Below are positions 1-13,773 of a stretch of 64,000 nucleotides of DNA, in pieces (the first letter of the stretch is position 1; each line of letters starts with the position of its first letter). Where the stretch lies: assembly GCA_951406725.2 (NCBI GenBank), contig OX597833.1, positions 14,694,001 to 14,758,000 on the forward strand, read 5' to 3'. This stretch comes from Octopus vulgaris. Taxonomy: Eukaryota. The position numbers and the translations under genes were made by a program. The notes beneath the pieces were generated by a model, which saw nothing but the letters and a program-made list of their open reading frames with translations, had not been told where the DNA came from and did not search any database.

Positions 1-399
1 CTTCTTCTTCTTCTTCTTTCTTCTTCTTCTTCTTCTAACGTTTCTTATAACATTTGGTTATACCTACATATTTTATTTCCTAACAGTTTGAGTGAATTCC
101 ACGCAATTTAGAGTCTCTTAGAGTGAATCTATCTTGCCTGACGTTCGGAGATCAAGTATTCAACTTAGTTTATGCATGATTGGGCCTCTAATCATCTCAT
201 ACGGTGTTTCTGGTTTTGAAACGACGTCATATCTTACACTTCTTAAGTGCAAAACGTAGTCGGACAGAATGCTGGTTGGCAGCTGTCATGGCTATGACTT
301 GAGGCGACGCTATTATTATTTATCGACTTCAGGTTCACCAAATCTGTTTACCCCACAGAAAGGCTGTCGTAAAAAGGCTGTCGTAAAAAGGCTGTAAAG

Positions 400-634
400 A
401 AGGCGGCGTGCTGGTAGAAACTTTAGCACGCCAAGCGAAATGCCTAGTGGTATTTTGTCTGTCTTTACGTTCTGAGTTCAAATTTCGCCGAGGTTGACTT
501 TGCCTTTCATCCTTTCGGGGTCGACAAATTAAGTACCAGTTACGCACTGGGGTCGATGTAATCGACTTAACTCCTTTGTCTGTCCTTGTTCGTCACCTCT
601 GTGTTTAGCCCGTTGTGGGTAGTAAAGAAATAAG
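400..634 (+). mobile_element. SINE family B copy (tRNA-like head, conserved GCCTTTCATCCTTTCGGGGTCGA body, AATAAAGAAA-type tail)
   Basis: Head GGCGGCG..CTGG, B-box GAGTTCAAAT, body and tail shared with >10 copies in the window. Confidence 0.85.
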
Positions 635-703
635 AAAAACTGTCGCGGATGGTTACTTTGTTCGTTAGTGGTCGGCTTCTGGTCATAAGGATTTCGGCTT
701 CGG

Positions 704-735
<32 letters not shown>

Positions 736-999
736 CGATGCCAACGTTTTGCTATGCAGCATTGCTGTTACTTAACAATGCCTCGGTTGTTTTGATGCTG
801 AGCGTTGCTTGTTTTACACACGTCATCTAAGAATCCACAGGAGAACCATAACAGAACGGTTACTTAAAACTGAGAGCACTCCAGCCTTGCAGCAAACGTT
901 TTAATTTATAGCAAACTGAAGATTAAGAAACTTCTTTTTGTTTTGTTTTAACTGTTTTTTACTGGTTTCAAATTATGGAGCAAATTTCAGGGGAGGTAA

Positions 1000-1345
1000 T
1001 AAGTCGATTTGGTTGATTCCATTGTTAATCTTGTACTTATTTTATCAACCCCGAAAGGATGAAAGGCGAAGTCGACGTCGGTGTGATTTGCAATCAGAAC
1101 GTAAGGACAAGCGAAAAACCTATTTCTTTATTACCCACAAGGGGCTAAACACAGAGAGGACAAACAAGGACAAACGGATTAAGTCGATTATATGGACTCC
1201 AGTGCGTAACTGGTACTTATTTAATCGACCCCGAAAGGATGAAAGGCCAAATTGACCTCGGCGCAATTTGAACTCAGAAGGTAACGGCAAACGAAATACA
1301 GCTACGCATATCACCCGGCGTGCTAAAGTTTCTGCCAGCTCGCTG
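1000..1345 (-). mobile_element. SINE family B copy (partly dimeric)
   Basis: Reverse complement of the family B body and tail. Confidence 0.8.
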
Positions 1346-1662
1346 CTAAGCAGTTTCTCCGGCTACCGATTCAGCCAGCTCATCACCTTATCCCCCCCAC
1401 CGTTTTTTTATTAAGCGGAGCTCTTCCGGTTCTGTCTCCAAACAGCAAATCATTTGTCATTTCTAGGTTAACGAGTTATAACAGTGGAGATCTAACGTGT
1501 TATGTATTGAGCCTGGGGGAACGTCCGAATGTATCCTCAATGATACGCGGCACAATGTAGGAAAGAGAGATGCTGGCAGAATAATTCGAAATGGATGTTA
1601 TGAGGACCATCAGCAAATGAAGTAAATCACATTGTAAAATTGTATATTTGTATGTAATACGT

Positions 1663-2082
<420 letters not shown>

Positions 2083-2468
2083 TATATATATGTGCGCGTG
2101 TGTGTGGGAGTGTGTGTGGGAGTGCATCATAAAGAAAACTGGAGAATTAGATACATCTTCAAAACTACTTCACCAGAGTATATAATTATTAAATTCACAT
2201 CAATGAATTCGTTGAGAATAATACTTTTATAAACAAATTTTGAAGATATGTAATTCTTTATTGTTTTTATAATGTGTTAAGTAAATACTCTGCATTCTCT
2301 ACAAAACCAGTGAAGCGAACTCAATATTTAATTATTGTGCAAATTACCAGGAAACCGTTTATGATGAACATTTTTATATTTTCCTATGACACGATGTCGT
2401 TGGCCAGAATTCTAGAGTACTAAGGTATCTGCCAGATTCCAAATGCCTATTGCTGTACGCCATTTATA

Positions 2469-2865
2469 TCTCTCTCTATATACAAAGCTGAAGTTGTCTG
2501 TGTATGGCAGGTTTGGTAGCCTTCATCTAACACTATCTCCTCCAAGATCTTGCGGCGCAAGTTGACCAAAATTGAGAGTATGATAGAAGAAGGCTTGCTC
2601 GTCCTTCTGTAGAAGAAAAAAATTCAAACCGGGCCATGTTAACACCAAAAATTATTTACATCAAAAAGGTGCTTTTTTTCAATGAAAATCCCTATTTTTT
2701 ACGATTTTTTTGACTGCTGTGTCGCCAATTTTTGGTGTATTTCAACCAGAAAAATGTTCACTTAAAGAGAATAACAAGCTACATAATGCAAAGATTTTAC
2801 TTTTTAAAAAATTCCAATTCTGAAGGGTCGAAACAAACCCAAGCAACGCCGGGCGATACTGCTAG
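2469..2865 (+). mobile_element. Non-autonomous Helitron-like element, family C
   Basis: 5' TC, 3' hairpin CCC(A/G)AGCAACGCCGGG followed by CTAG|T; homologous to 4886-5212 and 26795-27121. Confidence 0.75.
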
Positions 2866-3224
2866 TGTAGAATATAAGGACAAAAGTTACGTTGATGATT
2901 TTTATCAGGTAGTCAGCATGCTATAAGATTTATAGGTAATTTGTACATAAATTAATAATAATATACATAGGTATATAATTATATTAAGGGTGCAAGGCCG
3001 AAGCGACCTAACTTCAACATACCTGAAGTCCCGAGACCTACCAAAAGTACATAACGAGGATTTATCCCAGTTTTGTCGCAGTTCAGTCATTCAAAAAGTA
3101 AACGTTTAGTCATAGATGATCAGCTCATATGCGCACCAGTATATCTGGATATAAAGTGCAACATTGAAATGGTGAAAGACAAACAAACATCCATAAACAT
3201 ATATATATATGTCTGTTCCTTCTC

Positions 3225-3516
3225 AAGCCATGCCTGGCTCATAAGGGCCGGTTTCCCGGTTTTCCTTGGCGTATAGGTTCCCCACCTCGACAGGACGCCG
3301 GTCCGTCACAGGTGAGCTGCAAGATGCAGGAGGAAAGAGTGAGAGAAAGTTGTGGCGAAAGAGTCAGCAGAAGTTCGCCATTACCTTCTTCTGCCGGAGC
3401 CGCGTGGAGCTTAGGTTTTTTCGCTCATAAACACTCGCATCGCCCGGTCTGAGATACGAACCCACGATCCCTCGACCGCGAGTCCGCTGCTCTAACCACT
3501 AGACCATGTGCCTCCA
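3225..3516 (-). mobile_element. SINE family G copy (tRNA-Arg-like head, resembling octopus OR-type SINEs)
   Basis: Minus-strand head GGAGGCACATGGTCTAGTGGTTAGAGCAGCGGACTCGC..GGTTCG; shared with 5 other copies. Confidence 0.8.
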
Positions 3517-3545
3517 CATAAATATATAAATATATATATATATAC

Positions 3546-3644
<99 letters not shown>

Positions 3645-3776
3645 TATATATACATAGCACAATTTAGAAAGTAAAAATCACGTGGGTACAAGAAAACATA
3701 CACACATATGCACATACACACACGTCCCCGGGAATTTGCAGCACACAAACATATCTACGCACAACAGGCACAAACG

Positions 3777-3822
<46 letters not shown>

Positions 3823-4767
3823 TATACAGATGCAGGATTCTGTAAAAATATATAAAAATTCATTGAATGTCGTAATACTCAAAATTAGTTTTCATTCACA
3901 CTGAACTGGCACGTGCACTTGCCATCTTCTTTCTCTCTTTCGTTCTCTCTTTCTATTACCCCATCTCTCTCTCTCTCTCTTTCTCATTCAGTCTCATACG
4001 TGTGTCTATGTGTCTGTGTGTGTATGAATATATAACGTTACATGTTTTTAAGCCAAATATATTCTTTCCTATTGCCAGCAAAGATTCTTATCTGTATTTG
4101 TATGTACGTAATTGATACATATCATTCTGTAAGTATAAGGTTATAAGAATATATTTATGTGAAAATATATTGGGATTATGAATACGTTCAGCTTGACAGT
4201 ATCTGTTATGCTTCTATTTACGTAGACATCCCTTTGTTTTTGATGTTTTATAGCTGTATTATGTATCCATGTCAAATTTTGACACGTCGCATATCACCAT
4301 AATCTTACATCGCTCACCGCTAACAGAAAATTTCAGTGAACATACATATTCCATACACACTCCATTAGTTACCTCGTCCATTAAATTTATCTATTGCACC
4401 ATTGCAAATGTTTGTGTGTGCGTGTGTGGGTGTGTATGTGTATGTATGTGTATGTGGTGCATCAGAGTTTATGCATATACGTATATATCTATATTTGTAT
4501 GTGTAATTATGCAGCTTATTCTCTCTCTCTCTCTCTGTATGTATATATATATATATATATATATCCTGTGTTTGTGCATGTGTCTGTACTTGTGTGTGTT
4601 TGACGTTGTATGTGTGTGAGAGAGAGTGAGTGTGTATGTGAATGTGTTTGTGTGTATGTCTAATTTCATTTTTAGCTTTCGGAGATTTGATATAAACCAG
4701 CACTGCATTGGCCCTTCTGCTAACGAAGTCCCAAAGACCCATACCTTTTGTAGCATTACCGATGATG

Positions 4768-4815
<48 letters not shown>

Positions 4816-4854
4816 GTGTACTTACATATAAGAGAACAAAGTGTATAAACGCCG

Positions 4855-4885
<31 letters not shown>

Positions 4886-4886
<1 letters not shown>

Positions 4887-5205
4887 TAGCAGTATCGCCC
4901 GGCGTTGCTCGGGTTTGTTTCGACCCTTTAGAATTGGAATTTTTGAAAAGCAAATAGACCGAAAAATGCCGACACAGCTGTCAAAAAATCGTAAAAAATG
5001 GGGATTTTCATAGAAAAATAAGCACCTTTTTGATGTAATTGATTTTTGGTGTTAACATGGTCCAATTTGAATTTTTTCTTCTACGGAAAGAAGAGCAAGC
5101 CTTCTTCTATCATACTCTCAATTTTGGTCAACTTGTGCCGCAGGGTCTCGGAGGAGATAGTGTTTGTTGAAGGCTACCAAACCTGCCATACACAGACAAC
5201 TTCAG

Positions 5206-5212
<7 letters not shown>
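4886..5212 (-). mobile_element. Non-autonomous Helitron-like element, family C (internally deleted)
   Basis: Reverse complement of 2469-2865, CTAG terminus at 4886, inside (TA)n. Confidence 0.75.
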
Positions 5213-5293
<81 letters not shown>

Positions 5294-5315
5294 TTATATA
5301 TATATATATATGTGT

Positions 5316-5447
5316 GTGCAGGAGTGGCTGTGTGGTAAGTAGCTTGCTTACCAACCACAAGGTTCCGGATTCAGTACCACGGCGTATAGTATCTTCTACT
5401 ATAGCCTCGGGCCGACCAAAGCCTTGTGAGTGGATTTGGTAGACGGA
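5316..5447 (+). mobile_element. SINE family A, 5' fragment
   Basis: GCAGGAGTGGCTGTGTGGTAAGTAGCTTGC head shared with full copies. Confidence 0.75.
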
Positions 5448-5449
5448 AC

Positions 5450-5830
5450 CCAACCAAATTCACAGAAATGTCAATGTAAAAAGGGAAAACAGATTAGGTT
5501 TATCCGTGAAAAGAAAAGCCCACGGAAACACCACGGAAACCTTGGGCAAGAATGTCATACAAAAAGCACATTACAGTAAATGTCTCTCTTTTTCCTTTCT
5601 TTTTTTCGTTCATAGGATCATGCTCAAGGTGGCTTCGTCATTCATACGTGCCATCCTTGCTACATTCACCCATCTTTTTTTTAAAACATTCGCTAGACAA
5701 AACTTGCCTCTATACTCTAACTTTCCTCTTCAAGTGATACTTGAAGAAGATGATGAGAGGTTGACCAGAGAGGAAAGTGTTTGCCTCCAATCCTTTCAGA
5801 TGCGTCCACCAGATACATTCTTTCGCCATA
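5450..5830 (-). mobile_element. Tx1/L1-clade-like LINE ORF2 C-terminus plus 3'UTR remnant
   Basis: Minus-strand AKECIWWTHLKG..FFKYHLKRKVRV*RQVLSSECFKK; homologous to 32075-32330; clade assigned from motif memory. Confidence 0.6.
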
Positions 5831-5835
5831 GTTGG

Positions 5836-8800
5836 TGGTGGTCGTGGCAGAGTTGTCCGTAGTAGTCGTTGACTGTGCAGTTGTCGTCTGGGTTCTTCCA
5901 ATTCTTCGTGTGTCGGCGTCCATGCTTGCACCTGCACCTGTCTCAGTCCTCCTCTTCTTTCCCTCCCTCGTGAAGCAGTGGGGAAGGGGAAAGTAGGGAA
6001 ATCAACGTCGTAAGCGTTGTCAAGGAGACCACCGTTCTTCTCGAAGAACGACTTCTTGGCTTTGAAGTCGCCATGCTCAAAGCAGAAAATGGCTAGGAAA
6101 GCCGAAGACGAATTTACAAAATGGGGAAACACGCCACACAAAGGCAGGTTTCCCGTGCAAAAAAAATTGCACAACCGAATGTATTTTGTATTTATTAAAT
6201 GTTGCACAATAGACGTCATTGATTAGTTGAAATTGCAGTAGAAAAAACAGCAAATATCTTACAAACTCTAGAATTTTCTGAATAAAGCCAAGAGAAAAAA
6301 ATGTGTTATTTTGACACATTCTACAAGTATACGAAGTTTAAAATGGTTTTGAGAAGAACGGTGGTCTCCTTGACAACGCTTCACAGGTGCATGTGTGAGC
6401 CTGGACGCCGACACACGGAAAATTGGTGGTGTTGGTGGTGGTGGTGGTGGTGGTGGTGGTGGTGGCGGCGATGGTGGTGGTGATGGTGGTGATGGTAGTG
6501 GTGGTGGCGGAGTTGGTGATGGTGGTGTTGGTGGAGTTGGCGGTGGTGGTGGTGGTGATGGTGGCGGCGATGGTGCTGGTGATGGTGGTAGCGTTGGTGC
6601 GGGTGATGGTGGTGGTGGTGGTGGTGGTGGTGGTGGCGATGGTGGTGGTGATGGTGGCGGCGATGGTGGTGGTGATGGTGGTGGTGATGGTGGTGGTGGT
6701 GGTGGTGGTGTGGTGTGGTGGTGGTGGTGGTGGTGGCGGCGATGGTGGTGGTGATGGTGGTGGTGATGGTGGTGGTGGTGGTGGTGGTGGCGGCGATGGT
6801 GGTGGTGATGGTGGCGGCGATGGTGGTGGTCATGGTGGTGGTGATGGTGGCGGCGATGGTGGTGGTGATGGTCGTGGTGATGGCCGTGGTGGTGGTGGTG
6901 GCGATGGTGGTGGTGATGGTGGCGGCGATGGTGGTTGTGATGGTGGTGGTGATGGTGGTGGCGGCGATGGTGGTGGTGGTGGTGGCGGCGATGGTGGTGG
7001 TGATTGTGGCGGCGATGGTGGTTGTGATGGTGGTGGTGGTGGTGGTGGCGGTGATGGTGGTGGTGATGTTGGCGGCGATGGTGGTGATGGTGGTGGTGAT
7101 GGTGCTGGTGATGGTGGTGATGGTGGTGGTGGTGATGGTGGTGGTGGTGATGGTGGTTGTGGTGGTGGCGGCGATGGTGGTGGTGATGGTGACGGCGATG
7201 GTGGTGGTGGTGGTGGTGGTGGTGGTGGTGGTGGTGGTGGTGGTGGCGGCGTTGGTGGTGGTGATGGTGGCGGCGATGGTGGTGGTGATGGTGGTGGTGG
7301 TGGTGGTGTGGTGGTGGTGGTGGTGGTGGTGGTGGTGGTGGCGGCGATGGTGGTGGTGATGGTGGCGGCGATGGTTGTTGTGATGGTGGTGGTGATGGTG
7401 GTGGCGGCGATGGTGGTGGTGATGGTGGTGGCGATGGTGGTGATGGTGGTGGTGATGGTGGTGGTGATGGTGGTGATGGTGGTTTTGGTGATGGTGATGG
7501 TGGTGATGGTGGTGGTGGTGGTGGCTGTGGCGTCGATGGTGGTGGTGCTGGTGGTGGTGGTGGCGGTTATGGTGGTTGTAATGGTGGCGGCGATGGTTGT
7601 GGTGATGGTGGCGGAGATGGTGGTGGTGATGGTGGTGGTGATGGTGGCGGCGTTGGTGGTGGTGCTGGTGGTGGTGGTGGCGGTTATGGTGGTTGTAATG
7701 GTGGCGGCGATGGTTGTGGTGATGGTGGCGGCGATGGTGGTGGTGGTAGTGGCGGCGTTGGTGGTGGTGATGGTGGTGGTGATGGTGGTGGTCGTGGTGG
7801 TGGTCGTGGCAGAGTTGTCCGTAGTAGTCGTTGACTGTGCAGTTGTCGTCTGGGTTCTTCCAATTCTTCCTGTGTCGGCGTCCATGCTCGCACCTGCACC
7901 TGTCTCGCTCCTCCCCTTCTTTCCCTCCCTCGTGAAGCAGTGGGGAAGGGGAAAGTAGGGAAATCAACGTCGTAAGCGTTGTCAAGGAGACCACCGTTCT
8001 TCTCGAAGAACGACTTCATGGCTTTGAAGTCGCCATGCTCAAAGCAGAAAATGGCTAGGAAAGCCGAAGACGAATTTACAAAATGGGGAAACACGCCACA
8101 CAAAAGCAGGTTTCCCGTGCAAAGAATTTGCACAACCGAATGTATTTATTAGTTGTTGCACAATAGACGTCATTGATTAGTTGAAATTGCAGAAGAAAAA
8201 ACAGCAAATATCTTACAAACTCTAGAAGTTTCTGAATAAAGCCAAGAGAAATAAATGTTTTATTTTGACACATTCTACAAGTATACGAAGTTTAAAATGA
8301 TTTTGAGAAGAACGGTGTTGTCTCCTTGACAACGCTTCACAGGTGCATGTGTGAGCCTGGACGCCGACACACGGAAAATTGGTGGTGGTGTGGTGGTGGT
8401 GGTGGTGGTGGTGGTGGCGGCGATGGTGGTGGTGATGGTGGTGGTGGTGATGGTAGTGGTGGTGGCGGAGTTGGTGATGGTGGTGTTGGTGGAGTTGGCG
8501 GTGGTGGTGGCGGCGATGGTGGTGGTGATGGTGGCGGCGATGGTGGTGGTGATGGTGGTGTTGTTGGTGGTGGTGATGGTGGTGGTGGTGGTGGTGGTGG
8601 TGGTGGTGGTGGCGGCGATGGTGGTGGTGATGGTGGCGGCGATGGTGGTGGTGATGATGGTGGTGGTGGTGGTGGTGGTGGTGGTGGTGGTGGCGGCGAT
8701 GGTGGTGGTGATGGTGGCGGCGATGGTGGTGGTCATGGTGGTGGTGATGGTGGTGGTGATGGTGGTGATGATGGTGGTGGTGGTGGTGGTGGTGGTGGTG

Positions 8801-10576
8801 GTGGTGATGGTGGCGGCGATGGTGGTGGTGATGGTGGTGGTGGTGGTGATGGTGATGGCGATGGTGGTGGTGGTGGTGGTGGTGGTGGTGGTGGTGGTGG
8901 TGGTGGCGGCGATGGTGGTGGTGATGGTGGCGGTGATGGTGGTGGTCATGGTGGTGGTCCTGGTGGCGGCGATGGTGGTGGTGATGGTGGGGGTGATGGT
9001 GGTGGTGGTGGTGGCGGGATGGTGGTGGTGATGGTGGCGGCGATGGTGGTTGTGATGGTGGTGGTGATGGTGGTGGCGGCGATGGTGGTGGTGGTGGTGG
9101 CGGCGATGGTGGTGGTGATTGTGGCGGCGATGGTGGTTGTGATGGTGGTGGTGATGGTGGTGGCGGCGATGGTGGTGGTGATGGTTGCGGCGATGGTGGT
9201 GATGGTGGTGGTGATGGTGGTGGTGATGGTGGTGTGGTGATGGTGGTGATGGTTCTGGTGGTGATGGTGGTTGTGGTGGTGGCGGTGGCGGCGATGGTGG
9301 TGGTGGTGGTGGTGGTGATGGTGATGGTGGTGGTGGTGGTGGCGGCGATGGTGGTGGTGATTGTGGCGGCGATGGTGGTTGTGATGGTGGTGGTGATGGT
9401 GGTGGCGGCGATGGTGGTGGTGATGGTTGCGGCGATGGTGGTGATGGTGGTGGTGATGGTGGTGGTGATGGTGGTGGTGATGATGGTGATGGTGGTGGTG
9501 GTGATGGTGGTGGTGGTGGTGATGGTGGTTGTGGTGGTGGCGGTGGCGGCGATGGTTGTGGTGGTGGTGGTGGTGATGGTGATGGTGGTGGTGATGGTGG
9601 CGGCGATGGTTGTGGTGATGGTGATGGTGGTGGTGGTGGAGGCGATGGTGGTGGTGATGGTGGCGGCGATAGAGGTGGTGATGGTGGTGGTGATGGTGGT
9701 GGCGGCGATGGTGGTGGTGATGGTTGCGGCGATGGTGGTGGTGATGATGGTGGTGGTGGTGGTGGTGGTGGTGGCGGCGTTGGTGGTGGTGATGGTGGCG
9801 GCGATGGTGGTGGTGATGGTGGTGGTGATGGTGGTTGTGGTGGTGGTGGTGGCGGCGATGGTGCTGGTGATGGTGGCGGCGATGGTGGTTGTGCTGGTGG
9901 TGGTGATGGTGGTGACGGCGATGGTGGTGATGGTGGTGGTGATGGTGGTGGTGATGGTGGTGGTGGTGGTGGCGGTGATGGTGGTGGTGATGGTGGTGAT
10001 GGTGGTTTTGGTGATGGTGATGGTGGTAATGGTGGTGGTGGTGGTGGCGGTGTCACCGATGGTGGTGGTGGTGGTGGTGGTGGTTGCGGTTATGGTGGTT
10101 GTAATGGTGGCGGCGATGGTTGTGGTGATGGTGGCGGCGATGTTGGTGGTGATGGTGGCGGCGTTGGTGGTGGTGATGGTGGTGGTGATGGTGGTGGTCG
10201 TGGTGGTGGTCGTGGCAGAGTTGTCCGTAGTAGTCGTTGACTGTGAAGCTGTCGTCTGGGTTCTTCCAATTCTTCGTGTGTCGGCGTCCATGCTCGCACC
10301 TGCACCTGTCTCGCTCCTCCCCTTCTTTCCCTCCCTCGCGAAGCAGTGGGGAAGGGGAGGGGAGGGAAATCAACGTCGTAAGCGTTGTCAAGGAGACCAC
10401 CGTTCTTCTCGAAGAACGACTTCATGGCTTTGAAGTCGCCATGCTCAAAGCAGAAAATGGCTAGGAAAGCCGAAGACGAATTTACAAAATGGGGAAACAC
10501 GCCACACAAAGGCAGGTTTCCCGTGCAAAGAATTTGCGCAACCGAATGTATTTTGTATTTATTAGTTGTTGCACAG
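5836..10576. repeat. Triplicated ~370-590 bp cassette separated by GGT/GGC/GAT VNTR arrays
   Basis: Cassette starts at 5841, 7803 and 10209; arrays 6424-7802 and 8380-10208 built on a 24-nt GGCGGCGATGGTGGTGGTGATGGT unit. Confidence 0.9.
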
Positions 10577-10829
10577 CTTTTACATAAAAAATATTATCCA
10601 AACACAAACTTTTGAAGACAATAAAACGGCAAACTTACTACTATATAGTAGTCCTTTGGCTGCTATTTCTAAAATTTTTGGTATGTGTTCAAGCAACTTG
10701 TTGCAAAAACCCTTATTATTATAATTATATAAGTTTTTCACCGAATATGGTCTTTTTCCTTACCGAAATACTAGTAGGTGAAATTTGTTGATTTTATTAA
10801 AGTAATTATGTTTCACCCTATATCTGTAA

Positions 10830-10876
<47 letters not shown>

Positions 10877-10970
10877 ATCCAAACAGGAAAGCACAAAAAA
10901 ACACAACAACGCTAGGACGTGGAGCAAATATAGTATTATTAGACGCTTAGGAAAGAAGGAAAGAAAGAGG

Positions 10971-11005
10971 GTTTAACGTTTCGAGCGGAGATCTTCGTCG
11001 GAAAC
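10971..11005 (-). ncRNA. Minimal type I hammerhead-like motif (U4C variant) in a Penelope-type terminal repeat
   Basis: Minus strand GTTT CCGACGA AGATC TCC GCTC GAAAC GTT AAAC; helix I GTTT/AAAC. Confidence 0.55.
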
Positions 11006-11106
11006 ATAGGAGAAGGAAAGATCCAGAGAAAGGAAGACAGAGGGAAAAAATCTCCAACGGTACACCCGAGGTCACATTTTGATATATATATATATATATA
11101 CACACA

Positions 11107-11149
<43 letters not shown>

Positions 11150-11242
11150 GGGAGAGAGATATGGAGATATATATATATATGTGTGTGTGTATATAGATAT
11201 ATATTCATATATTCAAAGATGCGTATGAATATTAGAAGAAAT

Positions 11243-11289
<47 letters not shown>

Positions 11290-11290
<1 letters not shown>

Positions 11291-12095
11291 TAGCAGCATA
11301 GCCCGGCGTTGCCCGGGTATGGAAGAGCCCCTAGTAGGCAACGACTAATCTCAATCTAGTCCTTTCCCTCTGGAGAACGAAGGCGCATGTGTAGGTTGCA
11401 ATGTCTTCTCTTCACTCCCAAATAACTATCAAACAGCTATCGATAATTCAACCCAACCCATTCCTACCAGGAATAAATTACATTCGAGACTTTACCCCCA
11501 ACACCGCCACTTCTGCTAATAGCTGCTGCAGCCGCAAGTTATTTGAATACTTTTTTTGTTTACACTTTCTTTATAACTACCACCCCAAACGTTTTACCTT
11601 AAATTTTTGACGTACCCTAAGGGTCCTCGGACGCTACTTGCAAACTCTTGGTTTATTATAAACCGCTTTTGTCGTGTGCACCAAAGAACCTTTTCCATTC
11701 GTTTGTTCAGTTCGGTAACTTTTGACTTTTTCGTTGTTGTCACTCACATTGCTGCCCGCTTTTTTGCCGTTTTTGTACATTTTTATACATTTTGAGATAC
11801 TTACCCCACGTGTTCCGAGAGTTAAAAAGGTCGAGCTGCGTCCCCTAGACAGTCTGTAGAAAATGTGTTGCATATAAAAAGCTTAGATTCTCGACCCCAT
11901 GTCGAATTTATCGATTTTTTTCAGAACTGGAGGAACTTTTCAAAATTTTCGCTGCGTTAGTTTTGAATTATGACATTGGGCTATGTGTGTGTCAAGTTTC
12001 ATCAGAATCGGTTGAAAGCCGTGGTCAGGGTCAGGGTACAACCTGACAGACACACAGACACACAGACATACAAACTGCCGTTTATATAGAGAGAG
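11290..12095 (-). mobile_element. Non-autonomous Helitron-like element, family E
   Basis: CTAG terminus with CCCGGGCAACGCCGGG hairpin; 5' ~230 bp shared with 16229-16746. Confidence 0.7.
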
Positions 12096-12920
12096 ACAAT
12101 ACAAAATAGGACAACAAAACATCTAGATAGACGATACAAAGAATACAAGGACGGGTCATTCGAAGTTTTCTATCTTCAGTCAAGAACCAGATTATCCTCG
12201 AAATTTCGGCTGATTATTCTTGAGATTGCCAGCCGCAGGGAAAAACTAAGCTAAGAGCATTAGATTCCTTGGAAGAAAGCAGCGAATGTATACAAAAACA
12301 AGGAGAAAAAAAACAGACAATGTTACACAAATATAAATACAGTAAAAATAATATCAGGACATAACAACAGGTGTCTTTCGACTAAGGACGAATTGAATTA
12401 AGCTGGCGCGTGTGGAAATGAAGCTTTACAGCAAGGATACAATGATTTCACAAAGATGAATATCGATGTCGCACGGACCACGGTCAGACCTAGAAAGAAA
12501 GAGCGAGCAGTCTGTCCGATCGGTCGCGTGGAGTGAGAAGTAGAAGCAAGGAACAAAAGAATCGAGGAGGGGGAAGAGAAGAGAGAGAACTAGAAATAGA
12601 GGGAGAGAAGAAATGACAAAATCTTGTACGATTCTATTTCTATCAACCCTTTCACGCTTATTCGTTCATTCCACTCTTCGTTCTTTCGTTCCTCCTCTCT
12701 CACATTTCTTTGCCTTCTCTTCTTACTCATTTTCCCCTCTACTTTTCACTTCACTTTGTCCCCTCGTGAACGGGCAAGAGAACTTCAAGTTAGCCGGAAA
12801 ACTGAATGCGATCGGAAAATTAAAATAAAAAAACCTCGACAAATGGGTACAACAGGATTTGAATGAAAATCAGAAAATGCGCAGATATTAAATTTGCTTG
12901 TCGCTTCTTCTCCGTAACCA

Positions 12921-13082
12921 GGCGCAGGAGTGGCTGTGTGGTAAGTAGCTAGTTTACCAACCACATGGTTCCGGGTTCAGTCCCACTGCGTGGCACCTTG
13001 GGCAAGTGTCTTCTACTATAACCTCGGGGCGACCAAAGCCTTGTGAGTGGATTTGGTAGACGGAAACTGAAAGAAGCCCGTC

Positions 13083-13150
<68 letters not shown>

Positions 13151-13347
13151 TTGTGTGTATGTGTTTGTCCCCCTAGCATTGTGTGTATGTTTATGTCCCC
13201 GTTACTTAGCGGTTCGGCAAAAGAGACCGATAGAATAAGTACTGGGCTTACAAAATAATAAGTCCCGGAGTCGAGTTGCTCGATTAAAGGCGGTGCTCCA
13301 GCATGGCCGCAGTCAAATGACTGAAACAAGTAAAAGAGTTAAAGAGT
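12921..13347 (+). mobile_element. SINE family A, full length (tRNA head, CCTTGGGCAAGT CORE-like block, internal TA/TG microsatellite, LINE-derived tail)
   Basis: A-box TGGCTGTGTGG, B-box GGTTCAGTCCC, tail GGCGGTGCTCCAGCATGGCC..GAAACAAGTAAAAGAG. Confidence 0.9.
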
Positions 13348-13357
13348 AACCAGACCA

Positions 13358-13773
13358 ATCGATTTCTCGACAGTATTGTAACTTGCGATGATAAGTGAAT
13401 TCTGTACAATAATGAAAAGAAGAAAAAAAACGTTCTTCGCAGCGGTTGAAACAAAATGAAGCACCGAAAAATCTTCCCTAAACCCAGGCCGTTCAAATAG
13501 AAGGTTATCGTGTCTGTTTGGCAGTGTACTGCTGGATTCGTCCACTATATCTTCTTAAACCCCGAAAAAAAACCCATTACTGCAGAAACATGTTATCATG
13601 AAATTGCAAAAAACTGCTACTCTTTCGTCGAAAAACTACTACACCTCTGTCGCAGAATGGTAAACAGAAGAGGGACAATCATTCTTTATGACAATGCTCG
13701 AACACAGGTTTCACTAGTGACGCTCCAGGAATTGAAGGAACTTGGCTAGGAAGTTCTGCCACACCCATCTTAT

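Noticed and set aside
1484-1621. Possible exon (WRSNVLCIEPGG..GKRDAG..)
   Set aside because: Short, weak splice signals, no recognisable homology or partner exons.
4676-4768. Possible exon FRRFDINQHCIGPSANEVPKTHTFCSITDD after TTTTTAG
   Set aside because: Donor would be GTATAT from a microsatellite; no homology recognised; may be a repeat fragment.
6381-10433. Long poly-His, poly-Pro (extensin-like), Thr/Ile/Ala (mucin or antifreeze-like) and Gly/Val ORFs
   Set aside because: A GGT/GGC/GAT repeat is stop-free in five frames by composition; frames switch mid-array, and there is no convincing signal peptide or splice structure. Not called as genes without expression data.
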